Source of the DNA: a cyanobacterium endosymbiont of Braarudosphaera bigelowii
GTDB lineage: Bacteria; Cyanobacteriota; Cyanobacteriia; Cyanobacteriales; Microcystaceae
NCBI RefSeq assembly: GCF_020885515.1
Contig: NZ_AP024987.1
Coordinates: 690,001 to 722,000 of the forward strand
DNA length: 32,000 nt
Direction: 5' to 3'
Position numbers and translations under genes: made by a program. Below, piece after piece: positions 1 to 10,654 of the stretch. Each line of letters opens with the position of its first letter. The first letter of the stretch is position 1. A model generated the notes under the pieces. It did not search any database and was not told where the DNA came from. It saw nothing but the letters and a program-made list of their open reading frames with translations.

Positions 1-41
1 TTTGGTCTCGCCATTCCTGGGTTCGAATCCTAGCACCCCAG
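1..41 (+). tRNA. tRNA-Gln(TTG), 3' part only (5' half lies outside the window)
   Basis: Anticodon loop fragment tTTGGT, T-arm CTGGG-TTCGAAT-CCTAG, acceptor 3' strand CACCCCA and discriminator G; matches the cyanobacterial tRNA-Gln pattern. No encoded CCA. Confidence 0.85.
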
Positions 42-89
42 TCATATTAATTAACGAAAATTAGCTTTCATATTCATAGATTTTTAAGT

Positions 90-134
90 ATATTAAATAG
101 TAAGAATTATATTAATATTCTTATTATTTAATAT
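90..134. repeat. Inverted repeat, 18-bp stem (one G.U) with 9-nt loop, between tRNA-Gln and gyrA
   Basis: Left arm 90-107 ATATTAAATAGTAAGAAT, right arm 117-134 ATTCTTATTATTTAATAT, read directly. Confidence 0.85.
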
Positions 135-360
135 TTATTTTTGAGAGAATTAAATTTCTAACAATAATTTAATCTATAAAAAGTAAATTTAATTTGTTAA
201 TATAATTTATTTTTAAATTATATTAATCTAGACTGTAAAATTTTATAATTTAGAAGCTTACTGTACTGTTGAACAATATAGTTGTCATGAAAATTAAGAG
301 ATGTATAGTAAGTAAAGGAAGGTTCCCCGGTATAGGTTTTTGTAAAAAGAAAGGAAATCC

Positions 361-2835
361 ATGGCACAACAGTTAAAGTTTATAAAAACTGGCAAAATTA
401 TTTCAACATCTCTACATACGGAAATGAGACATTCGTACCTAGAGTATGCCATGAGTGTAATTGTAGGAAGAGCTTTGCCAGACGCAAGAGATGGATTAAA
501 ACCTGTTCACCGTCGTATTCTTTATGCCATGCATGAATTAGGTTTAACTCCTGAACGACCTTTTCGTAAATGTGCCCGCGTAGTAGGCGATGTCCTCGGT
601 AAATATCATCCTCATGGTGATCAGGCTGTATATGATGCTCTAGTTCGAATGGTGCAAGAGTTTTCAAGTCGCTACCCTTTGCTTTCGGGACATGGAAATT
701 TTGGCTCTATAGATAATGATCCACCTGCAGCAATGCGTTATACGGAAACTAGGCTTTCCTCTATTGCAAGTTATGGAATGCTTGGAAAAATTAGTGAAAA
801 TATTGTTGATTTCAATAATAATTTTGACAATTCTCAACAAGAACCTATTGTTCTTCCTAGTAAGTTTCCTAACTTACTGGTTAACGGTTGTACAGGCATC
901 GCTGTAGGAATGGCTACTAATATTCCTCCACATAATTTAGGAGAGTTAGTAGATGGATTAATAGCCTTAATAGAGAAACCCGAGCTATCTAATGAAAAAT
1001 TATGGGAAATAATTCCTGGTCCAGATTTCCCCACTGGAGGTGAAATTATTCAAACGGAAGGAATTAGAGATGCTTACCGTGACGGAAAAGGGATAATTAA
1101 AGTTCGTGGAGTAGTTAATATAGAAAAGATCAATGTAGGCAAAAAGAGACGCCAAGAGAGAACAGCATTAATAATAACTGAGCTTCCTTATCAAGTAAAT
1201 AAATCCGCGTGGATTGAAAAAATTGCTGATTTAGTTAATTGTGGACGTCTAGAAGGTTTAGCAGATATTAGAGATGAAAGTGATCGTACCGGAATGAGGG
1301 TGGTAATAGAGTTAAAAAGGGATGCAGTTACTAAATTAGTTCTTAAAGAGTTATATAGAAAAACAGCTTTAGAACATAATTTTGGCGCAATTATGTTGGC
1401 TTTAGTTAATAATCAACCACGAAAACTATCTTTACGTGAGTTGTTGGAAGAATTTTTAAAATTTCGAGAAAATACTTTAACTCGTCAATACGGCAATGAA
1501 TTGAAAAATTGTCAAGATCAGTCACATATTTTAGAAGGATTACTAGTTGCTTTAAAAAACTTAGATAAAGTAATTAATATTTTGTGTGATTCTGGAGATT
1601 CAACGATTGCCAAAGAAAGATTGCAAAAAGAGTTGAATTTGAATGAGAAACAAGCCGATGGCGTTTTAGTAATGCCTATGCGACGATTAACTGGGTTGGA
1701 AAGAAAAAAGATTGAAACAGAATATAAAGAATTACAAGCCAGGATTAATCAGTTAGAAGTTTTATTAAAAAATCGTAAGGAATTTTTAAAAGAATTAAAA
1801 AAAGAACTACGTTCTCTTAAAAATAAATATGGAGATATCCGTCGTACTAAAATTATTCAAAAAGATGCTATACAAACAAACAGTTATGAACCCCAAACAA
1901 TTGATATTCAAAAACAATCAGTATTACAAAATAAAAAGAGAATACCCCGTGAGTCTAAACAATCAAACTTCGTCCCATCCAAAGATTCTATTTTAGAGAT
2001 GACCTACCAGGGTAAAATCGCTTGGAGAATGCCAGAGGATAACGGTTTTAATAATAATTTATTAATCTATAGTGAACCAATAGAGGAAAGAGAACAAATA
2101 ATTGCAATTACAGATACTGGAAAAGCCTATCCCATAAAAGTTTTAGATATTCCTCATATTAATATTCAATCAATTTCTCTAATAGACTTATTACCTAAAA
2201 ATGCACAAAAAGATACTAAAAATATTGTATCTATTTTTTTCTTAGCTAAAAATATTAAAAATCAAAATTTATTTCTTTTAACAAATCAAGGAAAAATAAA
2301 ACGTATTCAAATATCAGAATTAAACGTTTTAACTAACCGAGGATTGTCATTAATGAAATTAAAAAATGATGACTATTTAAAATATATTTCTTTTGTCAAA
2401 GAAGAGGACGAAATTATAATCGCTATATCCAGTGGTCGTCTATTACGTTTTCAGGTAAAAGATCATGAGATTCCTATCATGAATCGAAATACTCAAGGAG
2501 ATCAAGCGTTTAGACTAAGACGAAAAGAAGAAATTGTTGGATGTATCAATCTTAATAAAAATCAAAAGATTTTATTAGTATCGAAGCTAGGTTATGGAAA
2601 GTATTTAGATATATTAGACTTACGTATAACAAAACTAGGAGATATTGGAACGCAAGCTTTAAAATTTATTCACCAATCTGATAGCTTGTCAGGCATAAAA
2701 ATAGTATCAAACGTAAAAAATATCAACATTTTAACTAATCAAAATCGAGCTTTGACTCTGGAAATAAAAGAATTTCAAAATAATAAACAGACAGTTGAAT
2801 TATTTGATGAAGAAGGAATTATTCATATTAATTAA
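361..2835 (+). CDS. gyrA: DNA gyrase / type IIA topoisomerase subunit A
   Basis: 824 aa; motifs [46 protein letters not shown], catalytic-Tyr region [27 protein letters not shown]. Purine-rich RBS-like aaaggaaa before ATG. Confidence 0.95.
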   Translation: MAQQLKFIKTGKIISTSLHTEMRHSYLEYAMSVIVGRALPDARDGLKPVHRRILYAMHELGLTPERPFRKCARVVGDVLGKYHPHGDQAVYDALVRMVQEFSSRYPLLSGHGNFGSIDNDPPAAMRYTETRLSSIASYGMLGKISENIVDFNNNFDNSQQEPIVLPSKFPNLLVNGCTGIAVGMATNIPPHNLGELVDGLIALIEKPELSNEKLWEIIPGPDFPTGGEIIQTEGIRDAYRDGKGIIKVRGVVNIEKINVGKKRRQERTALIITELPYQVNKSAWIEKIADLVNCGRLEGLADIRDESDRTGMRVVIELKRDAVTKLVLKELYRKTALEHNFGAIMLALVNNQPRKLSLRELLEEFLKFRENTLTRQYGNELKNCQDQSHILEGLLVALKNLDKVINILCDSGDSTIAKERLQKELNLNEKQADGVLVMPMRRLTGLERKKIETEYKELQARINQLEVLLKNRKEFLKELKKELRSLKNKYGDIRRTKIIQKDAIQTNSYEPQTIDIQKQSVLQNKKRIPRESKQSNFVPSKDSILEMTYQGKIAWRMPEDNGFNNNLLIYSEPIEEREQIIAITDTGKAYPIKVLDIPHINIQSISLIDLLPKNAQKDTKNIVSIFFLAKNIKNQNLFLLTNQGKIKRIQISELNVLTNRGLSLMKLKNDDYLKYISFVKEEDEIIIAISSGRLLRFQVKDHEIPIMNRNTQGDQAFRLRRKEEIVGCINLNKNQKILLVSKLGYGKYLDILDLRITKLGDIGTQALKFIHQSDSLSGIKIVSNVKNINILTNQNRALTLEIKEFQNNKQTVELFDEEGIIHIN

Positions 2836-2993
2836 TTTTCATGTAAAACAGAGATTAGTTAAAGTTATAAAGATTAATCAATTTAATTTGACAGGACTAT
2901 TAATCTGTCATATATTATCATTTTATTTTTGAATTAAATGAGATAATAAATAGCTATAATCATTTCTTATGGTTATAGAATTAATTTTTCACC

Positions 2994-3040
2994 TAAACCA
3001 AGTTTTGTAGTATTTGAACTGAATTTCAAAATTTGGTTTA
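2994..3040. repeat. Inverted repeat, 14-bp stem (one G.U), 19-nt loop
   Basis: TAAACCAAGTTTTG (2994-3007) / CAAAATTTGGTTTA (3027-3040). Confidence 0.75.
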
Positions 3041-3237
3041 AATTACTATTTGATTTAGATTATTAAGATGTAAAAAACTAATCGTCTATCAAACTAAAAT
3101 TTGATAAAATTTATGAGTTTATAAAAAATAAATCATATATATCTAATTATTATAAATCTATAAAATTAAGATATGTCTTCGGGCTTGTATGATACCATTG
3201 TAAGTACTATTTTGAAATTATATTTAAAATTATTAAT

Positions 3238-3873
3238 ATGACTCTTCAACTTGGAGATATTGCGCCCGACTTTTCCCAAAATTCTAGTGAAGGACCTATT
3301 TCTTTTCACCAGTGGGCTGGTGAAAAATGGGTAGTTCTTTTTTCACATCCTGCTGACTATACTCCTGTATGTACTACGGAATTGGGTATGGTTGCTAACT
3401 TGAAATCAGAATTTGAAAAACGTAATGTTAAAATTTTAGCTTTAAGTATAGATGATGTAGATTCTCATCAGGGGTGGATAAGTGACATTAATGAGACTCA
3501 AAATACTACTGTAAATTATCCTATTGTAGCTGACTCTGATTCCAAAGTAGCTAACTTATATGGGATGATTCATCCTAAATCTTTGAATAGACTTACAGTT
3601 CGTTCTGTATTTATTATTGATCCCAATAAAAAGGTTCGGTTGATCTTGACTTATCCTGCCAGTACAGGAAGAAATTTTGATGAAATCTTGAGAGTTATTG
3701 ATTCTTTACAGTTAACCGACTATTATCAAGTAGCAACTCCCGCTAACTGGAAAGATGGTGATAGCTGTGTTGTTGTACCTTCTATCTCTACTGAGGAAGC
3801 TAAGCAAAAGTTTCCAAAAGGTATAACTGAAGTAAAACCTTATCTACGTATGACTCCTCAGCCAAATAAATAA
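3238..3873 (+). CDS. 1-Cys peroxiredoxin (Prx6-type)
   Basis: 211 aa; HPADYTPVCTTELG active site, LSIDDVDSHQGWISDI, C-terminal domain VVVPSISTEEAKQKFPKG...KPYLRMTPQP. Confidence 0.95.
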   Translation: MTLQLGDIAPDFSQNSSEGPISFHQWAGEKWVVLFSHPADYTPVCTTELGMVANLKSEFEKRNVKILALSIDDVDSHQGWISDINETQNTTVNYPIVADSDSKVANLYGMIHPKSLNRLTVRSVFIIDPNKKVRLILTYPASTGRNFDEILRVIDSLQLTDYYQVATPANWKDGDSCVVVPSISTEEAKQKFPKGITEVKPYLRMTPQPNK

Positions 3874-3897
3874 ACATTAAATTAGTTGCTAAACTTT

Positions 3898-3955
3898 TTA
3901 ATTATTAAACAGGGACAATATTTCAGTTAAGATGTTTTCCCTGTTTAATAATTAA
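3898..3955. repeat. Perfect inverted repeat, 18-bp stem, 22-nt loop, downstream of peroxiredoxin
   Basis: TTAATTATTAAACAGGGA (3898-3915) / TCCCTGTTTAATAATTAA (3938-3955). Confidence 0.9.
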
Positions 3956-4073
3956 GATATAAATCATGCAAGCAATTCATTCATCTTCTCAAAAATTAAT
4001 TTATATATATGAATATTTAGATAAATATTGCTATAATGATAGTTTATATTATGTACTAATTGAGAGTTTTAGA

Positions 4074-4310
4074 ATGTCTAGAAAATGTCAATTAACTGGG
4101 AAAAAAGCGAATAACGGTTTTGCTGTCTCACATTCTCATCGCCGCACAAAGAAATTACAAGAAGTAAATTTACAATGGAAAAGAATTTGGTGGGCAGAAG
4201 GTAATCGTTGGATAAAACTACGTCTTTCCACAAAAGCTATTAAGACTTTAGAGAAAAAAGGTTTACATCTCATGGCTAAAGAAGCAGGAATTAATCTAAA
4301 TAAGCTTTAA
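4074..4310 (+). CDS. rpmB: 50S ribosomal protein L28
   Basis: [27 protein letters not shown]...; the track ORF begins at 3966 but family homology begins at the internal Met at 4074. Confidence 0.95.
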   Translation: MSRKCQLTGKKANNGFAVSHSHRRTKKLQEVNLQWKRIWWAEGNRWIKLRLSTKAIKTLEKKGLHLMAKEAGINLNKL

Positions 4311-4351
4311 GTTGTTAATAATTTAATTAAGCAAAGAATAGTTATTATATT

Positions 4352-4389
4352 GAGATGGTAAAAACAATATTTAAACTTTTACCAATCTC
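4352..4389 (+). terminator. Putative hairpin downstream of rpmB (12 bp with one bulge), no U-tract
   Basis: GAGATGGTAAAA ... TTTTACCAATCTC, 41 nt after the rpmB stop. Confidence 0.45.
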
Positions 4390-4680
4390 CCCCATTATTA
4401 GATTTTGAAGTTTTAAAAAATGATGTTAATAAAAAGTTATAAAATTTCTTCTTAGGTAACAAGATAAAGAAATCTAAATATTTGAAATAGTCAAATATTG
4501 ATTATTTATACTTTAGATACTCAAATTGATGCCTTTTAGTGTTTAAGGTTATTAACCTTTTAAGGAAAATAATATTCCAAATTTGCAATATAAAGCTAAT
4601 AATAAGTAAACTATTTTCAATTTTTAGACAAAAATTATATTAAAATATTTTTCTAATATAGAAAATTAATATATTTAACT

Positions 4681-5616
4681 ATGTTATTCATTAAGAAAAA
4701 ATTAAAATGGGTTTTTCTTATATTATCATTCTTAGTAATTAGAATAATCTTAAGAGATAGTTGGCAAGATATTCAAAATATTCATATAAGATCTAATGGC
4801 TATCTATTTTTACTTTCATCTCTGTTGATAACTTTTTTTTCTCATATTTGGTCAGGAATTTTTTGGGTCTATATACTTAAAAGTTGTCAACAATCTATAA
4901 AAACCAGCTTAGGTTTAAAAATTTACCTGATTACTAATGTATATAAATATTTACCAGGAAATATAGGTCACTTCTTGAAACGAGTCCATGAGCTTCAGAA
5001 ACTTGGCTTTTCTGTGTCAATTGTTAGTATAGCTATTATTTTAGAGCCATGTCTGATGATTGTATCTGCTCTGTTAATTACATTATTAACTTACATCGTA
5101 GATTCCACAAGAATAATTATAAATACTAACATAGTATTCTTGTATCTCATGTTAATTATCATTATTTTAATTATTGTTCATCCATTTTTTTTAAATAAAA
5201 TAGTTATTTATCTATCTAAGAAAAAATATAAGATTTTAGAAAACAAGAGCGCTAATTATATTAGACAATATCCAGGATTAATAATATTAGGAGAAGTAGT
5301 ATTTATTTTACTTAAAGCACAAGGCTTTATTTTAGCTTTAATGTCATTTATACCAGTATCATTAGATAATTTTTTAACGTTAATTGGCTCTTTCAGTTTT
5401 GCTTGGCTGTTAGGTTTAATTACTCCAGGTGCACCTGGAGGAATAGGTATATTTGAGGTCACAGTTCTGCAAATGCTTCAGTCATCTTTTCTTGATACAG
5501 AAATCATCTTAGCCACTGTAGCTATCTTTAGAATAATTAATATTCTAGCTGAAGTATCAGGAATGTGTCTAGGATATCTCATTAATAACAATTCTCTGAA
5601 AAAAATATACAAATAA
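4681..5616 (+). CDS. Lysylphosphatidylglycerol synthase-like / UPF0104 (YbhN-type) integral membrane protein
   Basis: 311 aa multi-TM; LGLITPGAPGGIGIFEVTVLQML signature. Confidence 0.8.
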   Translation: MLFIKKKLKWVFLILSFLVIRIILRDSWQDIQNIHIRSNGYLFLLSSLLITFFSHIWSGIFWVYILKSCQQSIKTSLGLKIYLITNVYKYLPGNIGHFLKRVHELQKLGFSVSIVSIAIILEPCLMIVSALLITLLTYIVDSTRIIINTNIVFLYLMLIIIILIIVHPFFLNKIVIYLSKKKYKILENKSANYIRQYPGLIILGEVVFILLKAQGFILALMSFIPVSLDNFLTLIGSFSFAWLLGLITPGAPGGIGIFEVTVLQMLQSSFLDTEIILATVAIFRIINILAEVSGMCLGYLINNNSLKKIYK

Positions 5617-5796
5617 GCTTAGTAATGAGTTTGCCTACATTTCCTAATGTTCAAATTGTTAGTTAATATATATATGATGTTAATTTACAATAAGCATTGT
5701 TTTTTACACATAATACTACTGGTATAGGAATACCGTTTGTGAAAATATTTTGAGCTTGAACCTAAAAAAAACAAAACATCGAAGGCATTGCTAATT

Positions 5797-6279
5797 TTAT
5801 TTTTTTGATTTTAAAATGAAGTGTTGTATATCTTCTTGTATGTGTCCAATAACTTTTTTCATAGCTGGCTTTAAATTAGAACTAATTTCTACTCCGAAGC
5901 CCAAATCTTTTACCTGGATAAGATATACAATAATATCTTTAGGAAATTCTTCCTTAAATATTTTTTTACCTACTGCTAAAGCGTTGTCCCATCTAAAATC
6001 ATGCAAGCTATTGCTAGGTTCGGGTAACTCTTCTAATTCTTCTCCAGGAACTTTATAAATAGTTCCTGGAGAAGAGTTTATTGAACAAGCATCTATAATA
6101 ATTAATTTTTGACTACCTTTTGCTTGAAACATAACCTCCATACCTGAGGTTCCGCAATCAAAAATATTAATCTTAGAAAAAAAAAATTTTTTACATTTTT
6201 TTTGTAGCTTCTGAGCAATAATTGCCCCTATAGCATCATCACAACGATTTAAATTACCACAACCAATAATTGTTAACAT
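5797..6279 (-). CDS. Hydrogenase maturation protease (HupW-like)
   Basis: 160 aa; MLTIIGCGNLNRCDDAIGAIIAQKL, FDCGTSGMEVMFQAKG, LIIIDAC, characteristic of the [NiFe]-hydrogenase large-subunit endopeptidase family. Confidence 0.85.
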   Translation of the reverse strand: MLTIIGCGNLNRCDDAIGAIIAQKLQKKCKKFFFSKINIFDCGTSGMEVMFQAKGSQKLIIIDACSINSSPGTIYKVPGEELEELPEPSNSLHDFRWDNALAVGKKIFKEEFPKDIIVYLIQVKDLGFGVEISSNLKPAMKKVIGHIQEDIQHFILKSKK

Positions 6280-6301
6280 TCTAAAACTAAATTTATAAAC
6301 A

Positions 6302-7366
6302 TTAGATACTAAGGACTTCTGCTAGCGCATCAAGAAGTTTTTTATTATCTTGATGTTCACGTACTGCAACTCTAAAATATTTATCACCTAACTCATCAAA
6401 ATTTGAACAATCACGAATTAAAATATGATATTTCTGCAATAACTTTTGTTGTAATTTAGAGCTTTCCATTAATGTTTCTACTAGAAAAAAATTGACCGAA
6501 CTTGATATTGGATTTAAGCCTTTTATTTTTGATAAACCTTGGAATAACTTTTCACGATTAAACAAAAGCCATTGTCTAGTACTATTTGTAAATTCTTCGT
6601 CATTAATTGCTGCAATTCCTGCAACAACGGCTAAATAATTTACACACCAGGGATCTCGCCAAGTTTGCCATTTCTTTAGACGATCAGGGTGGGAAATTGC
6701 ATATCCTAATCGTAACCCAGGAATACTGTAAAATTTTGTCAGAGAACGCAAAATTATCAAATTAGAATATTTCGATACCCAAGATACTAAACTTTCTTGT
6801 TGGAAAGGATCAATAAAATCCATAAATGCTTCATCTACTACGACTAAAGATAACTCTTCTAGTAAATGTATAAAAAACTCTTTCTTTAATAACTTACCTG
6901 TTGGATTGTGAGGGTTGTTAATAATAACTCCTGATTTTTCCCCTTGAAAATCATTAAGAGTAGCTATAGGATTATCTTGATGCCACAAAAAATCAAGTGA
7001 TTTAACATTTGCTTGAAATGTTTTTAAGGCTCTTAAATAATCATGAAAAAAAGGTTTAAAAATGTATACTATTTCTTTTTGTGCCAGTTCACGTCCTGCC
7101 CAAGTTAATAATTCAGCAACACCATTTCCGATAAGAATCCATTCAGGAGATAATTGGTAATACTGAGCTAAAACTTCTCTTAACTCTGTATAGTTTGGGT
7201 CAGGATAATGATTAATATTTTGTAGTAAGGTTTGAATTGCATTCAACACACTCTGTGGTGGACCAATTGGATTTATACTGGCAGAAAAATCTAATATAGA
7301 AGAAGTAGGACAACCAACTTGATAGGCTGCCCAGAATAAATTTCCTCCATGAACGGGACGTTCCAT
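6302..7366 (-). CDS. cobD: Threonine-phosphate decarboxylase-like / histidinol-phosphate-type PLP aminotransferase (CobD/CobC)
   Basis: 354 aa; HGGNLFWAA, LDFSASINPIGPP, NNPHNPTG, TKFYSIPGLRLGYA. Confidence 0.82.
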   Translation of the reverse strand: MERPVHGGNLFWAAYQVGCPTSSILDFSASINPIGPPQSVLNAIQTLLQNINHYPDPNYTELREVLAQYYQLSPEWILIGNGVAELLTWAGRELAQKEIVYIFKPFFHDYLRALKTFQANVKSLDFLWHQDNPIATLNDFQGEKSGVIINNPHNPTGKLLKKEFFIHLLEELSLVVVDEAFMDFIDPFQQESLVSWVSKYSNLIILRSLTKFYSIPGLRLGYAISHPDRLKKWQTWRDPWCVNYLAVVAGIAAINDEEFTNSTRQWLLFNREKLFQGLSKIKGLNPISSSVNFFLVETLMESSKLQQKLLQKYHILIRDCSNFDELGDKYFRVAVREHQDNKKLLDALAEVLSI

Positions 7367-7384
7367 ATTTATAAAAAATAATAA

Positions 7385-7666
7385 CTAGTCTTTAAGAGCA
7401 ACTTTTTCTTTAAAAAGTTTTCCAGCCGAAAATGCAGGTACCTTAGTTGCAGGAATACTCATTTTTTCGTTAGTTTTTGGATTACGTCCTTCTCTAGCTT
7501 TACGATCACGAGCTTCAAAAGATCCGAAGCCTACTAAAGTTACTTTATCATCTCCTGCGACTGCCTCCATGATAGTCTCAATCGTAGCACTAATGACACT
7601 ATCTGCTTGTTTTTTAGTAACATCAATTTTACTTGCTACTTTATCGATCAGTTCCCCTTTATTCAT
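7385..7666 (-). CDS. HU-family DNA-binding protein
   Basis: 93 aa; MNKGELIDKVA...VTLVGFGSFEARDRKAREGRNPKT...PAFSAGKLFKEKV. Confidence 0.97.
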   Translation of the reverse strand: MNKGELIDKVASKIDVTKKQADSVISATIETIMEAVAGDDKVTLVGFGSFEARDRKAREGRNPKTNEKMSIPATKVPAFSAGKLFKEKVALKD

Positions 7667-7876
7667 TTGGTAATCTCCCAGTTTGACGTTTTTACACTAA
7701 TTTATTTTTTGACATCATACCAAGAAATATATCGTTTGCAAGTCATTTAGCAAAATTAAATTGTTAAATCCTAATAGAAGACTTGATTTTTAAAACATTA
7801 TACTGACTTATCCCACTGAAAATAATCAGATTAAACTAAGAAATAATATTGGTAGGTTAATTGTTTCAGATCTAAT

Positions 7877-7944
7877 ATCTTTAGATTTCTACTGAGAAGT
7901 AGTAGAAATCTAATCTTACTACTTCTCAGTAGAAATCTAAAGAT
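7877..7944. repeat. Perfect 28-bp inverted repeat with 12-nt loop, 14 nt past the dxs stop
   Basis: ATCTTTAGATTTCTACTGAGAAGTAGTA (7877-7904) / TACTACTTCTCAGTAGAAATCTAAAGAT (7917-7944); loop GAAATCTAATCT. Confidence 0.97.
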
Positions 7945-7958
7945 GTAATTTACAATAT

Positions 7959-9869
7959 TTAGTTAATCATTGATGGTTGCAGAGAATTAAAAAAGGTTTT
8001 TCTAATTTTTTCAGCAATTTGAGGACTAGTCAATTGTAAATCTGCTTTTGATTCGTCAGGAGTGGCATGATCAACTAATTGATCAGGAATCCCGATTCTT
8101 TTAATTGGAACTACAATATTAAGATCTGTCAAAGCCTCAATGACAGCTGATCCAAATCCACCCATCAAACAACCTTCTTCTAGAGTAACTACTTTACCAA
8201 TACTTTTAGCCAATGGCGCAATTAAATCAATATCTAAAGGCTTAACAAAACGTGCATTAATAACAGTTGCCTCAACACCGTGCTCTTTAAGAATTTCAGC
8301 TACTTGTAGTGATTGATAAACCATAGTTCCATATGCTACTAGTAGAATATCATCACCACTACGAAGAATTTCTCCCTGACCAATAGGAATAGATTCCCAA
8401 CCTTCTTCCATTAGAGGTACCCCAATACCACTACCGCGAGGGAAACGCATAGCAATAGGTCCTGAGATATGATTAATACCTGTAACCACCATTCGCTGCA
8501 GTTCTGCTTCGTCTTTAGGAGCCATTATTGTCATATTTGGTATACAACGTAAATAAGCTATGTCATATAAACCTTGATGAGTAGGTCCATCAGCTCCGAC
8601 AATACCTGCTCTATCTAGACAGAAAAATACGGGAAGATTTTGAATACCAACATCATGCAAGACCTGATCATATGCTCGCTGCAAAAAAGTTGAATAAATT
8701 GCAACCAGGGGACGTACTCCTTCACAAGCTAATCCAGCAGCTAAAGTAACTGCATGTTGTTCGGCAATACCAACATCAATATATTGTTCTGGTAGTTTTG
8801 CTTGAAGCTTATCTAAACCAGTTCCTGTAGCCATTGCGGCAGTAATACCAATAATTTTTGAATTATTTTGAGCTAAAGTTGTCAAAGTATGTGCAAAAAC
8901 TTTGGAATAACTAGGAGGTTTAGGAGTATTAGAAGGTATTGCTTTCCCTGTAGCAAGACTGAATGGACTTTGAGCATGATAGCCAACCTGATCCTTTTCC
9001 GCAATTTCATAGCCTTTACCTTTAATGGTAGATACATGTACGAAGACAGGGCCAGTAGCTTTATGTGCTTGCTTGAAAGTAGAAATTAATTCTTCTATAT
9101 TGTGGCCATCAATAGGTCCAAAATATTTAAAGCCTAGTTCTTCAATAACTGCACCAACTTTAGGCATTGCTAAGCGTTTTACACCTTCTCTTAGCCTTTC
9201 CATTTCAGGAGTTAAAGAATCACCAAAAAAAGGCAAATGTTTAAATTGTTCTTCAATATTGTCTGAAATAAATTGGACAGGATCACTTAACCGAACTTTA
9301 TTGAGATAGCGAGAAATAGCTCCAACGTTAGGTGAAATAGACATTTCATTGTCGTTCAGGACAACCATAAGATTAGTATTGGGAAGATGGCCAGCATGGT
9401 TAATAGCTTCTAAAGCCATTCCACCGGTCAAGGCTCCATCACCAATGATAGATACCACCTTATAGTTTTCACCTTTATTATCTCTAGCTATAGCCATTCC
9501 AAGACCCGCAGAAATGCTTGTAGAAGCGTGTCCACCTCCAAAATGGTCAAATCGACTTTCACATCTTTTTAAATATCCAGCAATACCATTTTTTTGGCGT
9601 AGAGTATGAAAGCTGTGATAGCGACCAGTTAAAATTTTATGAGGATAGGCCTGATGCCCTACATCCCATATAACTTTGTCTTGATCTAGATCAAGGGTCT
9701 GATAAAGTGCAATAGTCAACTCTACAACTCCTAATCCTGGCCCAAGATGTCCTCCACTGGCTGCAATAGTTTGTAAATGTTTTTCTCTAATTTGACGGGC
9801 AACGTCTTCTAATTGACGAACTGGTAGCCCGTGTAACTGGTTAGGATGAGTAATATCACTTAAATTCAT
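7959..9869 (-). CDS. dxs: 1-deoxy-D-xylulose-5-phosphate synthase
   Basis: 636 aa; [65 protein letters not shown]. Confidence 0.98.
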   Translation of the reverse strand: MNLSDITHPNQLHGLPVRQLEDVARQIREKHLQTIAASGGHLGPGLGVVELTIALYQTLDLDQDKVIWDVGHQAYPHKILTGRYHSFHTLRQKNGIAGYLKRCESRFDHFGGGHASTSISAGLGMAIARDNKGENYKVVSIIGDGALTGGMALEAINHAGHLPNTNLMVVLNDNEMSISPNVGAISRYLNKVRLSDPVQFISDNIEEQFKHLPFFGDSLTPEMERLREGVKRLAMPKVGAVIEELGFKYFGPIDGHNIEELISTFKQAHKATGPVFVHVSTIKGKGYEIAEKDQVGYHAQSPFSLATGKAIPSNTPKPPSYSKVFAHTLTTLAQNNSKIIGITAAMATGTGLDKLQAKLPEQYIDVGIAEQHAVTLAAGLACEGVRPLVAIYSTFLQRAYDQVLHDVGIQNLPVFFCLDRAGIVGADGPTHQGLYDIAYLRCIPNMTIMAPKDEAELQRMVVTGINHISGPIAMRFPRGSGIGVPLMEEGWESIPIGQGEILRSGDDILLVAYGTMVYQSLQVAEILKEHGVEATVINARFVKPLDIDLIAPLAKSIGKVVTLEEGCLMGGFGSAVIEALTDLNIVVPIKRIGIPDQLVDHATPDESKADLQLTSPQIAEKIRKTFFNSLQPSMIN

Positions 9870-10283
9870 AATGGTTTACTTTATACCATCTTGATTTGGT
9901 TGTTATGTTATCTTGATTTGATTGTTATATCAAATAATAAAATCTCTCTTAGATATAGTAACTTCTATTATTTGTATTTAACTTATTTTTTTAATCAATT
10001 AAATTTATTTTTTCTATATTAAAGGTTATTAAATTTACCAGCATTCATTAATATAAATATATTTGCCCTATTTGTCATATATAATTATTAACCAGATAAA
10101 GTTTAAAAAATATTTATATTAATGATTTAGTCGTGTACTCTTCATCACAAAATAAGAATTTTTTACTCGATTCTAATTTTCTTCTATAAGTAATATAATC
10201 TGTACAGAATACACGCAAATGACAAAGAATATGTAACAATATTAGTTCCATACAATATTTAGGGCTTAATTTTATAATTATCC

Positions 10284-10649
10284 ATGACTACAACAAACTC
10301 TAATAATCAAAATGATAAAGTACTCAACGCGATGAAAAAGTTTGCTGAACAGTACGCAAAAAGAACAAATACTTATTTTTGTAATGAACCTTCTGTTACA
10401 GCAGTAGTTATCGAAGGGCTTTCTAGGCATAAGGAAAAATTAGGTTCTCCATTATGTCCATGTCGTCACTATGAAGATAAAGTTGCAGAGGTTAAAAACA
10501 CTTATTGGAACTGTCCTTGTGTTCCTATGAGAGAAAGAAAAGAATGCCATTGTATGTTATTCTTAACCCCAGATAATAATTTTGCTGGTAAAGAACAAGA
10601 AATTGATTTAGAATTTATTAAAGAAGTGCGAGAAAGTATGTCAACTTAG
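10284..10649 (+). CDS. ftrC: Ferredoxin:thioredoxin reductase catalytic (beta) subunit
   Basis: 121 aa; CPCRHYEDK, CPCVPMRERKECHCMLFL iron-sulfur/disulfide Cys motifs. Confidence 0.95.
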   Translation: MTTTNSNNQNDKVLNAMKKFAEQYAKRTNTYFCNEPSVTAVVIEGLSRHKEKLGSPLCPCRHYEDKVAEVKNTYWNCPCVPMRERKECHCMLFLTPDNNFAGKEQEIDLEFIKEVRESMST

Positions 10650-10654
10650 CAAAC

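Noticed and set aside
398-1034. Small ORFs 398..667 (-), 716..907 (+) and 834..1034 (-)
   Set aside because: Alternative frames inside gyrA; gyrA family motifs continue uninterrupted across them.
3966-4073. N-terminal 36-aa extension of the rpmB ORF
   Set aside because: Not part of L28; homology starts at the Met at 4074 and the extension is low complexity.
5256-6058. ORFs 5256..5462 (-) and 5816..6058 (+)
   Set aside because: Antisense to the UPF0104-like and hydrogenase maturation protease genes.
8889-9309. Antisense ORFs 8889..9089 and 9025..9309
   Set aside because: Fully inside dxs, low-complexity translations typical of antisense frames.
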